Notes under the pieces: model-generated
Told to the model about the DNA's origin: nothing
Databases searched by the model: none
Seen by the model: only the letters and a program-made list of their open reading frames with translations
Position numbers and translations under genes: made by a program
In this document: in pieces, positions 9,565-19,976 of the stretch
How positions within the stretch are numbered: position 1 is the first letter of the stretch
Layout of the letters: every line of letters starts with the position of its first letter
Assembly (NCBI GenBank): GCA_028700115.1
Contig: JAQVTI010000007.1
Location: forward strand, 1-32,000
From: Candidatus Iainarchaeum sp.
GTDB taxonomy: Archaea > Iainarchaeota > Iainarchaeia > Iainarchaeales > CSSED10-239
DNA: 32,000 nucleotides
Direction: 5' to 3'

Positions 9565-9605
9565 ATAATTGTACCGGCAAGTTTAAAAAGGTTTTGCTTT
9601 TTTCC
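9565..9605 (-). promoter_or_regulatory. Candidate rRNA promoter
   Basis: - strand reads GCAAAACCTTTTTAAACTTGCCGGTACAATTATT, a TATA-like CTTTTTAAA about 200 bp upstream of the mature 16S. Confidence 0.4.
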
Positions 9606-9644
9606 TCTAAAAAATTAAAAAAAGCTTTAAAAAGACAGTTTTTT

Positions 9645-9810
9645 AAAAAAAATATAATTTAAATATAAATATTATAAAAAAAAAATATAATTTAAATATA
9701 AATATTATAAAAAAAATATAATTTAAATATAAATATTATATAAAAAAATATAATTCAAATATAAATATTATAAAAAAAAATATAATTTAAATATAAATAT
9801 TATATAAAAA
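9645..9810. repeat. AT-rich tandem repeat, about 5 copies of a ~31-33 bp unit
   Basis: Unit a(n)tataatttaaatataaatattat repeated head-to-tail, differing mainly in A-tract length and one t/c change (aattcaaat). Confidence 0.9.
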
Positions 9811-9917
9811 AAATTTAAAAATAAAAAAAGTTAAGATTAAAAAAAATATTTAAATAAACTAAATTATTATATTTAAAATTAAATATATTTATTAAAAAAA
9901 AAAATAAGAAACTACAC

Positions 9918-10049
9918 CTATGATGCAGCTCTTTTTCTTAAATATCTTCTTTCTCTTTTCTTTTCTCTCATTTTCTTTTTCTTCCATTTCCATCTTTGTC
10001 TGGATTTAGTTTTTTTAAACCTACTTGAATCTTTCTTTCTTGTTCCCAT
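9918..10049 (-). CDS. Small, highly basic protein, ribosomal protein eL41-like
   Basis: MGTRKKDSSRFKKTKSRQRWKWKKKKMREKKRERRYLRKRAAS*; the RWKWKKKKMREKKRERRYLRKR segment resembles eL41 (KWRKKRMRRLKRKRRK). Not in the ORF track, probably because of size. Confidence 0.55.
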   Translation of the reverse strand: MGTRKKDSSRFKKTKSRQRWKWKKKKMREKKRERRYLRKRAAS

Positions 10050-10144
10050 TAATTTTCACATTTTATAAACATTATTTTTTTATAAATATTTTTATAATAA
10101 ATATTATTTTTTAAAAATTATTTTAAAAAATAAAAGTTTATCAA

Positions 10145-10217
10145 TGCTCTGGCCGGGATTCGAACCCGAGTCACTGGCTTGAAAGGCCAGTATGATTACC
10201 AACTACACTACCAAAGC
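10145..10217 (-). tRNA. tRNA-Glu(TTC)
   Basis: GCTTTGGTAGTGTAGTTGGTAATCATACTGGCCTTTCAAGCCAGTGACTCGGGTTCGAATCCCGGCCAGAGCA; loop CTTTCAA. Confidence 0.95.
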
Positions 10218-10542
10218 ACATAAAGATAAATTGTTTTTATTTAAATATAATTAAAAACAGTATAATATAAATAAGTAACGATTTATTTATATATTCTTTG
10301 TTTTTTTACTATATAATTATTACAACTATATAACTATGATAAAATAAATATATAAATATATTTATTTTTAAATAAACATAATCAAAAAAAATAAATTTTT
10401 TAAAATATAAAAATATTCTAAAAAAAGATACTATTTAAAAAGTTTTATTAATATCTTTATATATATAATATTAACTAATTTAAAAAAAATAGTTGTAAAA
10501 AAATAAAATAAAAAAATAATATTTATTTAAAGGTGGATTAAT

Positions 10543-10695
10543 ATGGATAATGCAGCAAAAGAAAGAAGATTAAAAAATATATGGGTATGTATGGCTTGTA
10601 ATAACACTATGAGATCTTCAAAAAAACCAGAAGCATGTAAAAAATGTGGTTCTACAAGAATAAGAGCTAAAAAGAAAGGAAAGAATGTTAAATAA
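10543..10695 (+). CDS. rpl40e: 50S ribosomal protein eL40 (L40e)
   Basis: MDNAAKERRLKNIWVCMACNNTMRSSKKPEACKKCGSTRIRAKKKGKNVK*, two CxxC motifs and upstream aggtgg. Not in ORF track. Confidence 0.93.
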   Translation: MDNAAKERRLKNIWVCMACNNTMRSSKKPEACKKCGSTRIRAKKKGKNVK

Positions 10696-10723
10696 TTTTA
10701 TAAATTAATAATAAATAAAAAAG

Positions 10724-11767
10724 TTAAAACCATTTTGATAAACTTTTTTGTTTTTCTTTTTCTTCTTTTTCTATAATAAATTTATTTAAAGTATTATTAA
10801 TTCTTTCTTCAGAAAAATTAGCTTTATCAATTAATATATTTCTAATTTTATTTTCATCAAATTTACCTTTTATAATTTCTGGATTTTTATTAATATTTGG
10901 ATTTAAAAAAATATCCTGTATCTCTTTATAATCAAATGAAACATTTTTATTTTTTGATTTTAAATAAGAATTAATATCTTCAAAAGAATTATATTCTTTA
11001 ACAATTTTTAAAGCAGTTTTTGGACCTATTCCTTCTACTTTATCATTAAAATCTGTACCAATTAAAATAGACAACCAAATTAATTTTTCTCTAGAAATAT
11101 TTAATTTCTCAAAAAGTTCTTTAGAATATATAATTTCTGGTTGTATATCTATATATATATTTTTATAAGGAATTTTTTTTTTCCCAGAAACAGTTAAATT
11201 TCTCAAAAGATTTGGGGAGTTAAAAAGAAGAGAATCATAATCTTGAGATACTGTGTAATCTAAAATTCCTTTAGAAGTCATATATGATATTTGAGCTTCA
11301 GCCTCTGATGGAGCATCAATATATGAAACCCCCATTGCTAATAATAATTCTTTAGATTCATTAATTATTTTTTTATTTAAAGAAACAATTTGTCTAGAAA
11401 ATTTAAAAATATCAGGCATATTTCCATCAATAGTTGCCTGTTCTAATTTTTCTTTTGCTTTTTCTTTTAAATTTTGCCTTCTATCTTTAGTTTTTTGCTT
11501 TAAATAATTACTTTTACCATCAAAAACAAAATATAAGTCTATATTATTTGTCATCAAGTTTAAAAGTCTATAAAAAAGACCATTTAAATGCGAGGTAACT
11601 TCTCCATTTAAATTTTTTAAAGGTTCCCCATCTATACCTCTAATACTTGTTAAAAATTGATAAAGAATATTATATGAATCAAAACCAAATTTTTTTAATT
11701 TAAATTCTTTTGTTAATTTAAATTCTTGTTTATATTCTTTTATTAAAGAACCAATTGCTACTCCCAT
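10724..11767 (-). CDS. fen: Flap endonuclease 1
   Basis: 347 aa; MGVAIGSLIKEYK N-terminus, FVFDGKSNYLKQKTKDRR, GVSYIDAPSEAEAQISYMTSKG, TVSQDYDSLLFNSP, GTDFNDKVEGIGPKTALK. Confidence 0.95.
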   Translation of the reverse strand: MGVAIGSLIKEYKQEFKLTKEFKLKKFGFDSYNILYQFLTSIRGIDGEPLKNLNGEVTSHLNGLFYRLLNLMTNNIDLYFVFDGKSNYLKQKTKDRRQNLKEKAKEKLEQATIDGNMPDIFKFSRQIVSLNKKIINESKELLLAMGVSYIDAPSEAEAQISYMTSKGILDYTVSQDYDSLLFNSPNLLRNLTVSGKKKIPYKNIYIDIQPEIIYSKELFEKLNISREKLIWLSILIGTDFNDKVEGIGPKTALKIVKEYNSFEDINSYLKSKNKNVSFDYKEIQDIFLNPNINKNPEIIKGKFDENKIRNILIDKANFSEERINNTLNKFIIEKEEKEKQKSLSKWF

Positions 11768-11872
11768 TCATTATCACATAAAATATTAATTAGAAAAGAT
11801 ATATAAATGTTTTTTTACATTATATTATTATAAAGTAATCTTTTTTTGTTATTAAAAAAAGAAATATATCAT

Positions 11873-11944
11873 GCATCCGTAGTATAGCGGTTAGTATGTG
11901 AGCCTTCCAAGCTTAGGACTCGGGTTCGATTCCCGACGGATGCA
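11873..11944 (+). tRNA. tRNA-Gly(TCC)
   Basis: GCATCCGTAGTATAGCGGTTAGTATGTGAGCCTTCCAAGCTTAGGACTCGGGTTCGATTCCCGACGGATGCA. Confidence 0.95.
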
Positions 11945-11971
11945 CTTTTAACTTATTTTTTAAATATACTA

Positions 11972-12589
11972 CTAGTTTATATCTTTTAAGAAATCATAAA
12001 ATTCAAATCTATTTAAAATTTCTAAAATTGTTAAATAATTATTTAATCTATTGCCTTCTATAAAATATTTATCTATATTTTTATAAAAAGTATTATTTAT
12101 GCTTTTACTATCTTTTAAAATATTATTTCCAGAAAGAATATTTCTCAAATAAATTTTACTATATTCTTTTGAGCTAAAAACTTTTGGAGCAGAAAAATAA
12201 AGACCTATATAAAAATTAATTTCCTTTAATTTATTTTTATCTATTAATCTATCTTTTTGAGCAATAGACAACTTATTTATTAATGAAAATATCTCTTTAT
12301 CTTGCTTACTTTCAAATTTATCAAATATATTATCTTTTTTTAAATTTGCAATTTTTCTTTTTTCTAAAAGTTTATTTATTTTTTCTTTAGAAACAGAATC
12401 TTCAAATTTTTTTTTAAAAAGGTCATAAAGATTATATAAATTATCTAATAATTTTTCTTCTTTTACAGTTAAATTTAATTTATTTGCAAGTTTTAAAAAT
12501 TGTATTGCTTTTTCTTTAGTTTCATATTTTGGATTTTTTAAAGAATATTTTTCAATTTTTTCTATTTTTAAATTTTTTTTTTTAGGCAT
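11972..12589 (-). CDS. Hypothetical protein
   Basis: 205-aa Lys-rich ORF. Confidence 0.65.
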   Translation of the reverse strand: MPKKKNLKIEKIEKYSLKNPKYETKEKAIQFLKLANKLNLTVKEEKLLDNLYNLYDLFKKKFEDSVSKEKINKLLEKRKIANLKKDNIFDKFESKQDKEIFSLINKLSIAQKDRLIDKNKLKEINFYIGLYFSAPKVFSSKEYSKIYLRNILSGNNILKDSKSINNTFYKNIDKYFIEGNRLNNYLTILEILNRFEFYDFLKDIN

Positions 12590-12679
12590 ATTTTTTCAAA
12601 TTTTATATAATTTATAAATATAATAATATTATAATTATATAATTTAATAAATAGATTGTTTTAATATTTATTAAAAAAA

Positions 12680-14068
12680 TCAAAAAAAATAAGGAAGAAT
12701 ATTTAAAATTAATAATAATATTAAAATAATCCCAAAAAAAGTTCCAATTATTTTTTTTCTTTTTTCAATTTTTCTTTTTTTAGATAAATATTCAGAAAAA
12801 ATTACTTTAGACATACCCCCACCATCAAAAGGATGTGTTGGTAAATAATTTACTGTTGCAATAATAAAATTTAATAATGCGCTCCATAATAAAACATTAT
12901 ATATAGTTTTAAAAATATAATATTTTTTAGGAATAATATAATTTGGATCAGAAACAACTCCTACAGAAAAACCAACTCTTCCCATTTCATTAGGTCTTAA
13001 ATAAATTGTTTCTAAAATATTTGTATCTTTTGACATAATAATATATTTATTATCATAATCTAATTTTGTAGCATTAAGCAGATCATTTCTATTTCTAATA
13101 TTAATATCATTAACAGAAATAATTACATCATTTACATCAAAAACACCATATGCAGGAGAATTATAACTAGTACCACAAATAGATGTTTCTTTTTCTACAG
13201 AATAAACATAAACAAGATCATCTTTTTCAATAGCAATGGAATTAGATAAATTTGTCATAGTTGGTGCAAATGCCAGAAATAATAAAAAAAATATAATAGC
13301 TAAAATAACATTACTCATAGGTCCAGCAGAATACATTCTTAAAAGATCTCTATCTTTAATTTTTTTTAATTGCTTTTCATCAGGTTCTACAAATGCACCT
13401 AATGGTAAAATCCCTGCTAAAATAACTCCTATAGATTTTATTTTTAACTTTAAAGATCTTAATATAGCACCATGTGAAAATTCATGAATAACTGCTGAAA
13501 AAATTAAAATTATCCAACCATACCATGGAATAAATATATCTACTTTAGGCATTTTAACCCCAGGAATAACAAGTCCTATTCCAGGACATGCATTTGCTAC
13601 TGTTCCTAGGAATAATTTAATTATAATATCATATGCAGAAAAAATTAAAGAACCTAAAGTAAATCCAGAAAGCCCCATAACCCCTGTAAGAATTATTAAA
13701 AAATATATAAATCCTTTTGAAATTAATGGATTATTTAAAAATAAACCTTTTGTTGAAAAATAAGAAATAATTATAAAAACAATAGAAGATATTAAAAATA
13801 ATAAAACTCTTTTCCAAACTTTTTTTAATTTATTTTTAGAAACATAATCTAAACCAAATGCCCCAAAACCAATAACTAATCCAATATCTGAAAAAACATA
13901 TAATATTTTTTTGTTTTTTGCAATTTTATCTAAAAATTTAATAAATTTATTAGTTTTAAGTAATATTAATACACCTAAATAAATTTCTTTTTTAAAAAAA
14001 ACTTTTGCAAATTTAGATGTAAAAAGCAATATTAAAATAATTAATAAAATTAATAAAAATGAGTTCAT
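12680..14068 (-). CDS. Site-2 protease family (M50) membrane metalloprotease with PDZ-like insert
   Basis: HEFSHGAILR zinc motif, PTHPFDGG second metal-binding motif, multiple TM helices. Confidence 0.92.
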   Translation of the reverse strand: MNSFLLILLIILILLFTSKFAKVFFKKEIYLGVLILLKTNKFIKFLDKIAKNKKILYVFSDIGLVIGFGAFGLDYVSKNKLKKVWKRVLLFLISSIVFIIISYFSTKGLFLNNPLISKGFIYFLIILTGVMGLSGFTLGSLIFSAYDIIIKLFLGTVANACPGIGLVIPGVKMPKVDIFIPWYGWIILIFSAVIHEFSHGAILRSLKLKIKSIGVILAGILPLGAFVEPDEKQLKKIKDRDLLRMYSAGPMSNVILAIIFFLLFLAFAPTMTNLSNSIAIEKDDLVYVYSVEKETSICGTSYNSPAYGVFDVNDVIISVNDINIRNRNDLLNATKLDYDNKYIIMSKDTNILETIYLRPNEMGRVGFSVGVVSDPNYIIPKKYYIFKTIYNVLLWSALLNFIIATVNYLPTHPFDGGGMSKVIFSEYLSKKRKIEKRKKIIGTFFGIILILLLILNILPYFF

Positions 14069-14166
14069 ATTTTCTCTTTATAATATATTCAATATAAAAT
14101 AAAATATAAAAGGAAATATAAAGCTTTTGGAAAAAATTATTTTTAAAATTTATAATAAAAATAAAT

Positions 14167-15732
14167 TTATAACCATCCAAAAAGCATTAAAAGACCTAAT
14201 AATAATATAATTGCACCTGCAACTAAATGGAAATATCTTATATTCTTTTGTTTCCATTCTCCAATATCTTGAATCTTACTTATCCCAAAATAAACTATTA
14301 AAGTTATAATAATCATTGGAATAATAAATATAAGATTATATAATAATAACAAAGGAATAGACTTTAAAATATCAATTAAAGCAAGAGAATTAGTTGCAAC
14401 AACATAAGGTCCAATTGTACAAGGTAAAAGAAAAACAGTAACAAAAAGACCTACTACAAAAGCACCAATCGGAGAAGTTGCTTTTTTAATTAATTTTTGT
14501 ACTTTTGGTCTTAACCCCATAGGCATTTCAGTACCTATAGTCCCAGGTTTATAATTAAAGAAGTCTTTAATTTGTAAAACTCCTAAAATAATTGCAATAA
14601 TTGCAAAAACTTTATATGCAATAATAGATGTTGCACCAGAAAATGATTTAAATAAAGAAATAAAAATTAAGCCATATAAAAAATACATAATAAATATAGA
14701 TAAAGTAAATAAAAGACCTGATTTTAAAATTTTATTTTTATTATTAGAACTATAAGTTGTAATAGTTAATAAAAGCATTAATAAAACAGCAAAAGCACAA
14801 GGATTTACAGCATCTGTTAATGCAAGAGTAACAACTTTAAAAACACTTAATTTATCTTTATTTACTTTATTTGCTAAAATTGTAGAATTATCTAAAACTT
14901 CATTACATTCTTTTTCAACAACACTACATTCTCCATTAAAATAAAATTTATAACCATCAAATTCAACAGCTTGATCAAAAGATTGTATAGCTCCTGAAAG
15001 TGGGATATAATTTTCATTAATACTAATAAAATTAATATCTTTTAAAATTAAAGAAACATCTTCTAAAGATAATAAATTATGTAAAATATCATTAGAAATA
15101 ATAGAAGAACTTGAAACTTTTTCTAAAGCTCTATCTTTTTTCCAAACTACAAAATTACCTTTTAATTTATTTAAATTAATATCAGAAAAATAAGTTGAAC
15201 CATTTTCATAAACTGAAAAAGGTAAAGGGCATTTATTATCTGTAATAAAATTTAAATTATTATCTATAAAATTATCAATTATAGAAGTATAATAAAATAT
15301 ATTTTCTTTATTCAAAACTAAAAAAGGAATAGTTGTTCCAGAATCATATAAATCATCATAATCTAAAGCAAAAATAGTATTTTGTCTTTTTTGTTTAACT
15401 TCATATTCTATAATTACCAAATTAGGATTTTCTTTTAAGCCTTCTTTTAATAAAACAGGATCAATCTTTGCACAATGAGGGCAACCTATTCCTGTAATAT
15501 ATACCCCACAAACTTCTTTATTATAATTTATAGAATTATTTCCATTTAAATCAGAATTTTCTAAATTATTATTTAAAAAATCCATACTAAAAATATTATC
15601 TGAAGAATCAATTTCACAAAGATTTTCTCCAGTATTTATATCTAAACAATCATCAGCAAATATAAATGTAGAAAAAAACAAACTTAAAACAACTAATATA
15701 AACAAAAATAAAATACTTTTATAATTTTTCAT
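14167..15732 (-). CDS. Exported thioredoxin-like domain fused to CcdA/DsbD-like transmembrane domain
   Basis: Signal peptide, CGVYITGIGCPHCAKIDP (CxxC), C-terminal six-TM module starting TLALTDAVNPCAFAVLLMLL. Confidence 0.88.
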   Translation of the reverse strand: MKNYKSILFLFILVVLSLFFSTFIFADDCLDINTGENLCEIDSSDNIFSMDFLNNNLENSDLNGNNSINYNKEVCGVYITGIGCPHCAKIDPVLLKEGLKENPNLVIIEYEVKQKRQNTIFALDYDDLYDSGTTIPFLVLNKENIFYYTSIIDNFIDNNLNFITDNKCPLPFSVYENGSTYFSDINLNKLKGNFVVWKKDRALEKVSSSSIISNDILHNLLSLEDVSLILKDINFISINENYIPLSGAIQSFDQAVEFDGYKFYFNGECSVVEKECNEVLDNSTILANKVNKDKLSVFKVVTLALTDAVNPCAFAVLLMLLLTITTYSSNNKNKILKSGLLFTLSIFIMYFLYGLIFISLFKSFSGATSIIAYKVFAIIAIILGVLQIKDFFNYKPGTIGTEMPMGLRPKVQKLIKKATSPIGAFVVGLFVTVFLLPCTIGPYVVATNSLALIDILKSIPLLLLYNLIFIIPMIIITLIVYFGISKIQDIGEWKQKNIRYFHLVAGAIILLLGLLMLFGWL

Positions 15733-15958
15733 AAAAAAACCTTCTTAAAATATATTATAAAAAATCTTTTTAAAATATATTATTAAAACTTTAAAACATT
15801 TAAATAATTTCTTAAAAAATAAATTAAAAAAACCTATTATATAAATAAATATATAATTATATTTTTAAATATATTCTTACTAGCTTAAAAATTTTAAAAA
15901 TATAATTATATAATTTAATTTCAAAAAAAATTAAAAAATAATATAAAATTATATAAAA

Positions 15959-16906
15959 CTAAAATTTAATTTTATAAGCACAAATCTTATAAACAAGTTT
16001 TGCAAGAGTATAGCTTTCTGAAAAATAATCTTTTTTTTCTCCATTTGGGGCAAATTCTACTAAATCTAAAGCAATTACATTTTTTCTTTTAAAAATTTTT
16101 TCTAGAAAAAAATTAATTTGATTCCAATTAAATCCACCTGGTTCGGGTGTATTTGTATATTTAATTATAGAAGGATCAAAAAAATCTACATCAATTGAAA
16201 TAAATACATGTTTTGGAAGTTTTTTTAAATACAAATCTAAAAATTTAGGATTTTTAAATAAATCTTTTGCATAAACTATATTAATATTTTTTCCATCTTT
16301 TGATTCTAAAAACATATGTTCATAAAAATCTTGAGATCTTACTCCAAAAATTACAGTTTCATGCTTTTTTGAAATAATTCTAGAAGTACATGCATGAAGC
16401 CAAGTATCTTCGCCCCAAGGTTCCCTTAAATCAGAATGAGCATCAAAAACAATTATCCCAAAATCAAGGTGTTTCTGTTCTAAAAAAGATACTACAGAAA
16501 TAGTTGTTGAATGATCTGAACCTAAAAAAATATTAAATTTATCTAAAGAAACATTTTTAGATAATGTGTCCAACATACTCTGTAAATCTAATATATAATT
16601 ATTATGTTTCTGGAAGTTAAAAAAAGGATAAGTATATATTCCATAAAGATATGGTTCAAAATTTAATTCACAATCAAAATATTCTAATTCATATGAAGCT
16701 TTTAATATTTCTAAAGGACCTTTTTCAGCCCCAGAACCAACAGTTACTTTTCCTTTATATTTTATAGGAATAATATTTATCATTGAATCTTTTTTAGAAC
16801 AATATTTTTTTGGAAGATTTAAAAATATAATATTTTTATTTAAAAAATTATCATTTATATTTTTATTTTTTTTAATAATTTTTAAAGTTTTATTTTTTAG
16901 AACCAT
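15959..16906 (-). CDS. speB: Agmatinase/arginase family (ureohydrolase)
   Basis: GSDHSTT, DAHSDLREPW, ISIDVDFFDPSIIKYTNTPEPGG motifs. Confidence 0.88.
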   Translation of the reverse strand: MVLKNKTLKIIKKNKNINDNFLNKNIIFLNLPKKYCSKKDSMINIIPIKYKGKVTVGSGAEKGPLEILKASYELEYFDCELNFEPYLYGIYTYPFFNFQKHNNYILDLQSMLDTLSKNVSLDKFNIFLGSDHSTTISVVSFLEQKHLDFGIIVFDAHSDLREPWGEDTWLHACTSRIISKKHETVIFGVRSQDFYEHMFLESKDGKNINIVYAKDLFKNPKFLDLYLKKLPKHVFISIDVDFFDPSIIKYTNTPEPGGFNWNQINFFLEKIFKRKNVIALDLVEFAPNGEKKDYFSESYTLAKLVYKICAYKIKF

Positions 16907-16929
16907 ATATATTTATATTTACAATAGAT

Positions 16930-17868
16930 TTATAACTTTAATTTATTAAAAAAATTAATAGATTGAGTTATATTTTCAGAAAAGGATTCATTAAAACCAG
17001 GATCTATTAAATAAATTTTTTTAGTATTAATATTTATTAATACATTTTTAGGTAAAATATCAAATATATAATTATTATAAAAAGAATCTTTATTTTTAAA
17101 ATATATATTTAAATTATATTTGACATTTTCAAAAATATTTTCTAAATCTTTTGAAATTTTATTAAATTCTGTTGAATTTATAATTTGTTTAGTTTTATTA
17201 TATTCACTTATATAAAAACTTTTTAAATTTTGTAAATTACTATAATCTAAACAAATAAAATTAATAGCTTTATTTTTAAAAATCTTAAAATAATTTGATG
17301 AAAAATATGCTAATTTTGGGGAAATAATATTTATTCCTTGACGTTCTAATAATTTTAATGCAACAAATTCTTCAAAACTTGGTAATTTATAATTATTTCC
17401 TTGTTTAATATAAAATTTATGTATTTTATTTAATTTATCTTTAATTATTAAAAAAAATGAATTCTTTGTATTTAATGAATCTTCTTTTAACTTATTTTTA
17501 TAAGACATATTATATTTTGAAATTAAATAATTCCCTTTTGGATCTTTTATTTTTTTTAAAGAAGGATCTTTAATTAATTTTAAAAAAGAAGAAATTATAC
17601 CTTTATTTTCTGAAAGTAATTTCTTAAAAGATAAATCATATGCTAATGCTTTTATTGCATGTCCTTTTGCATAATAATCTTTTTTAATTTTTTTTTCATA
17701 AATATAAGCATTATATTTTAAATTAAGATTATTAAATTCTTTTGAATAATATATTCTTTTTAAATCTAATTCATTAGGTAGATTAACAAAACTTATTAAT
17801 TTAGTATTTCTTTTTTTAATTGTTTCTTTAATAATTTTATTTTTTCTAAATAAATTCATTATAATCAT
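16930..17868 (-). CDS. Kinase-like-fold paralog 1, function unknown
   Basis: KFYIKQ...PSFEEFVALKLLERQG...NFICLDYSNLQNL...DILPKNVLININTKKIYLIDPG resembles a divergent protein/small-molecule kinase order (beta3 Lys, alphaC Glu, hinge, catalytic/DFG-like); tandem with the next gene. Confidence 0.6.
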   Translation of the reverse strand: MIIMNLFRKNKIIKETIKKRNTKLISFVNLPNELDLKRIYYSKEFNNLNLKYNAYIYEKKIKKDYYAKGHAIKALAYDLSFKKLLSENKGIISSFLKLIKDPSLKKIKDPKGNYLISKYNMSYKNKLKEDSLNTKNSFFLIIKDKLNKIHKFYIKQGNNYKLPSFEEFVALKLLERQGINIISPKLAYFSSNYFKIFKNKAINFICLDYSNLQNLKSFYISEYNKTKQIINSTEFNKISKDLENIFENVKYNLNIYFKNKDSFYNNYIFDILPKNVLININTKKIYLIDPGFNESFSENITQSINFFNKLKL

Positions 17869-17869
17869 T

Positions 17870-18787
17870 TTATAATTCTAATTTTTTAAAAAAATTAATT
17901 GCATTAATTGGATTAATTTGTAAATTTGACGAAAGTACAGGATCAATTAAATATATTTTTTTTGTATATATATTAATTAACGTATTTTTTGGATGAATAT
18001 CTTTAATATATGATTTTGATTTTTCATCAATTTTACTATTTTCAACCATTTTTGAAATTTTAAAAATATTATTTACTATATTATTATATTCTTTAAAAGA
18101 CAATATATTTTTATTAGTATTATATTTACTATTAAAAAAACTATTTAAACTATGTAAATTTGTATAATCCAAACAAATAAAATTTTTATAATCTCCATGA
18201 TTCATAATACCAGAAACATTTCTAGAAAAATATGCTAATTTTGGAGATATAATATCAAATCCAATAGATTCTAAAAATTTTAAACATATAAATTCTTCAA
18301 AACTTGGGGGGGATGTATCAAATCTTGCTTGTTTAATATAAAATTTATTAATTTTATTAGATTTATCTTTAATTAAAAGAAAATAAGAACATCCTGTATT
18401 TAATGAGTTTTCTGATTTAAATTTATCAATAGATTTTAATGATTTTGAAATTAAATAATTACCTTTTGGATCTTTTATTTTTTTTAAAGAAGGATCTTTA
18501 ATTAATTTTAAAAAAGAAGAAATTATACCTTTATTTTCTGAAAGCAATTTTTTAAAAGATAAATCATATGCTAAAGATTTTGTTCTAAATTGTCTAAAAT
18601 TAAAAGGGTATGCAGTTTTAGAATATTCTTTTTTAAAAGTATTATAATTTATTTTAAAATCTTTAAATTCTTTAAAAAAATTAACTTCAAAAATTCTTCT
18701 TAAAGGCATATCTTTATAAATTTTATAAGATAATAAATCTCTTTTTTTATTTATTAATTTTTTACCTATAGGACTATTAATTGGCAT
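17870..18787 (-). CDS. Kinase-like-fold paralog 2, function unknown
   Basis: Shares a 43-aa identical block LAYDLSFKKLLSENKGIISSFLKLIKDPSLKKIKDPKGNYLIS with paralog 1, plus the same C-terminal DIHPKNTLINIYTKKIYLIDP. Confidence 0.6.
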   Translation of the reverse strand: MPINSPIGKKLINKKRDLLSYKIYKDMPLRRIFEVNFFKEFKDFKINYNTFKKEYSKTAYPFNFRQFRTKSLAYDLSFKKLLSENKGIISSFLKLIKDPSLKKIKDPKGNYLISKSLKSIDKFKSENSLNTGCSYFLLIKDKSNKINKFYIKQARFDTSPPSFEEFICLKFLESIGFDIISPKLAYFSRNVSGIMNHGDYKNFICLDYTNLHSLNSFFNSKYNTNKNILSFKEYNNIVNNIFKISKMVENSKIDEKSKSYIKDIHPKNTLINIYTKKIYLIDPVLSSNLQINPINAINFFKKLEL

Positions 18788-18925
18788 AAATAAATTTACA
18801 TAAGAATGTTTTTAAAATAATTTATTATTTTATATATTAATATAATAATCATAATTTATTTAATTAAATTATATTTATTATTTATTTTTAAAAATAAATT
18901 TTAATTTTATTAAAAAAATAAATTT

Positions 18926-19972
18926 TTAGTCAACAAATATTATTTCAGGTTTTTCTAAATCAAATAAATCTGTTGAATAAATATAAGCTCCTGCATTTAT
19001 AAAAAAAATTTTATCCCCAATCTTTGGTAAATTGCCTTCCTTAAAATAAACTCTATATCTAAAAATATCCTCAGAAGCAGGAGTTAATCCTTTTATAACA
19101 TAAGATTTACCTTTTTCTTCTAAATCTTCATTTTCTACTAATAATTTAATATTTGTTACAATTGTATCCATTGAACAATTATATACAGATGCATCTATAA
19201 ATAAATTATTTGAAACTATATTTTTTATAGTTGCAATTAGTTTACCACAAGGAGCAGCAATAGCTCTTCCAGGCTCAATAATTAATTTAATATTTAAATT
19301 ATTAAAATATGTTTTAATATCAATAATTTTTTTATAAATAGATTCAATTGCAGAAGGTGAAATGTTTTTATAATCAACAGGAATTCCTCCTCCAATATCT
19401 AAATAACTAATAGCTTCTAATGTTTCTGGCAGAAGAGAATCTGTTATTTCTCTAATTATTGACCATTCAGATAAATTTTGTGTTTTTCTATGAAAATGAA
19501 CTCCAAGAGAAGATATATTTAAATTATTTTTAAGTTTAAAAATATATTCATTAATCTCAGTTGAAAAAAATCCATAAACAAAATACCTACCTGTTGAGAC
19601 AGTGTATTCTTTAAGTCTCATTCTTAAAAATAAATTCACTTTTTTATTATTTTTTTTAATATATTCTAAAAAAAAATCTAAATCTTTTGAATTATCAATT
19701 ATAAAATTTATAATACCTTTTTTAAAAATTAAATTTAATTCTTCATAATCAGGACAATGAAGCATAAAATAAATTTTTAGATTATTTTTTATATATTTAA
19801 ATTCATTAACATGATGTATTAAAAATCTAGAAGAAGTATTTTCTTCTAAAATATTTGTAATATATGGATTAGACTTTACACTATATGAAACAATATCTGT
19901 AATCTTTTCTAAATTTTTATAAGATTCTAAAACTTTTTCTTTTGAAATTTCAAATCTTGCTTTTGAAAACAT
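18926..19972 (-). CDS. PLP-dependent ornithine/arginine/lysine-type decarboxylase (alanine racemase fold type III)
   Basis: SYSVKSNPY lysine motif, HFHRKTQ-like GVHFHRKTQNLSEW, DIGGGIP, EPGRAI. Confidence 0.88.
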   Translation of the reverse strand: MFSKARFEISKEKVLESYKNLEKITDIVSYSVKSNPYITNILEENTSSRFLIHHVNEFKYIKNNLKIYFMLHCPDYEELNLIFKKGIINFIIDNSKDLDFFLEYIKKNNKKVNLFLRMRLKEYTVSTGRYFVYGFFSTEINEYIFKLKNNLNISSLGVHFHRKTQNLSEWSIIREITDSLLPETLEAISYLDIGGGIPVDYKNISPSAIESIYKKIIDIKTYFNNLNIKLIIEPGRAIAAPCGKLIATIKNIVSNNLFIDASVYNCSMDTIVTNIKLLVENEDLEEKGKSYVIKGLTPASEDIFRYRVYFKEGNLPKIGDKIFFINAGAYIYSTDLFDLEKPEIIFVD

Positions 19973-19976
19973 AATT

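Noticed and set aside
9645-9810. CRISPR array
   Set aside because: Repeats are directly contiguous with no unique spacers and extreme AT low complexity; no cas genes nearby.
13236-13487. 83-aa + strand ORF
   Set aside because: Antisense shadow of the M50 protease gene.
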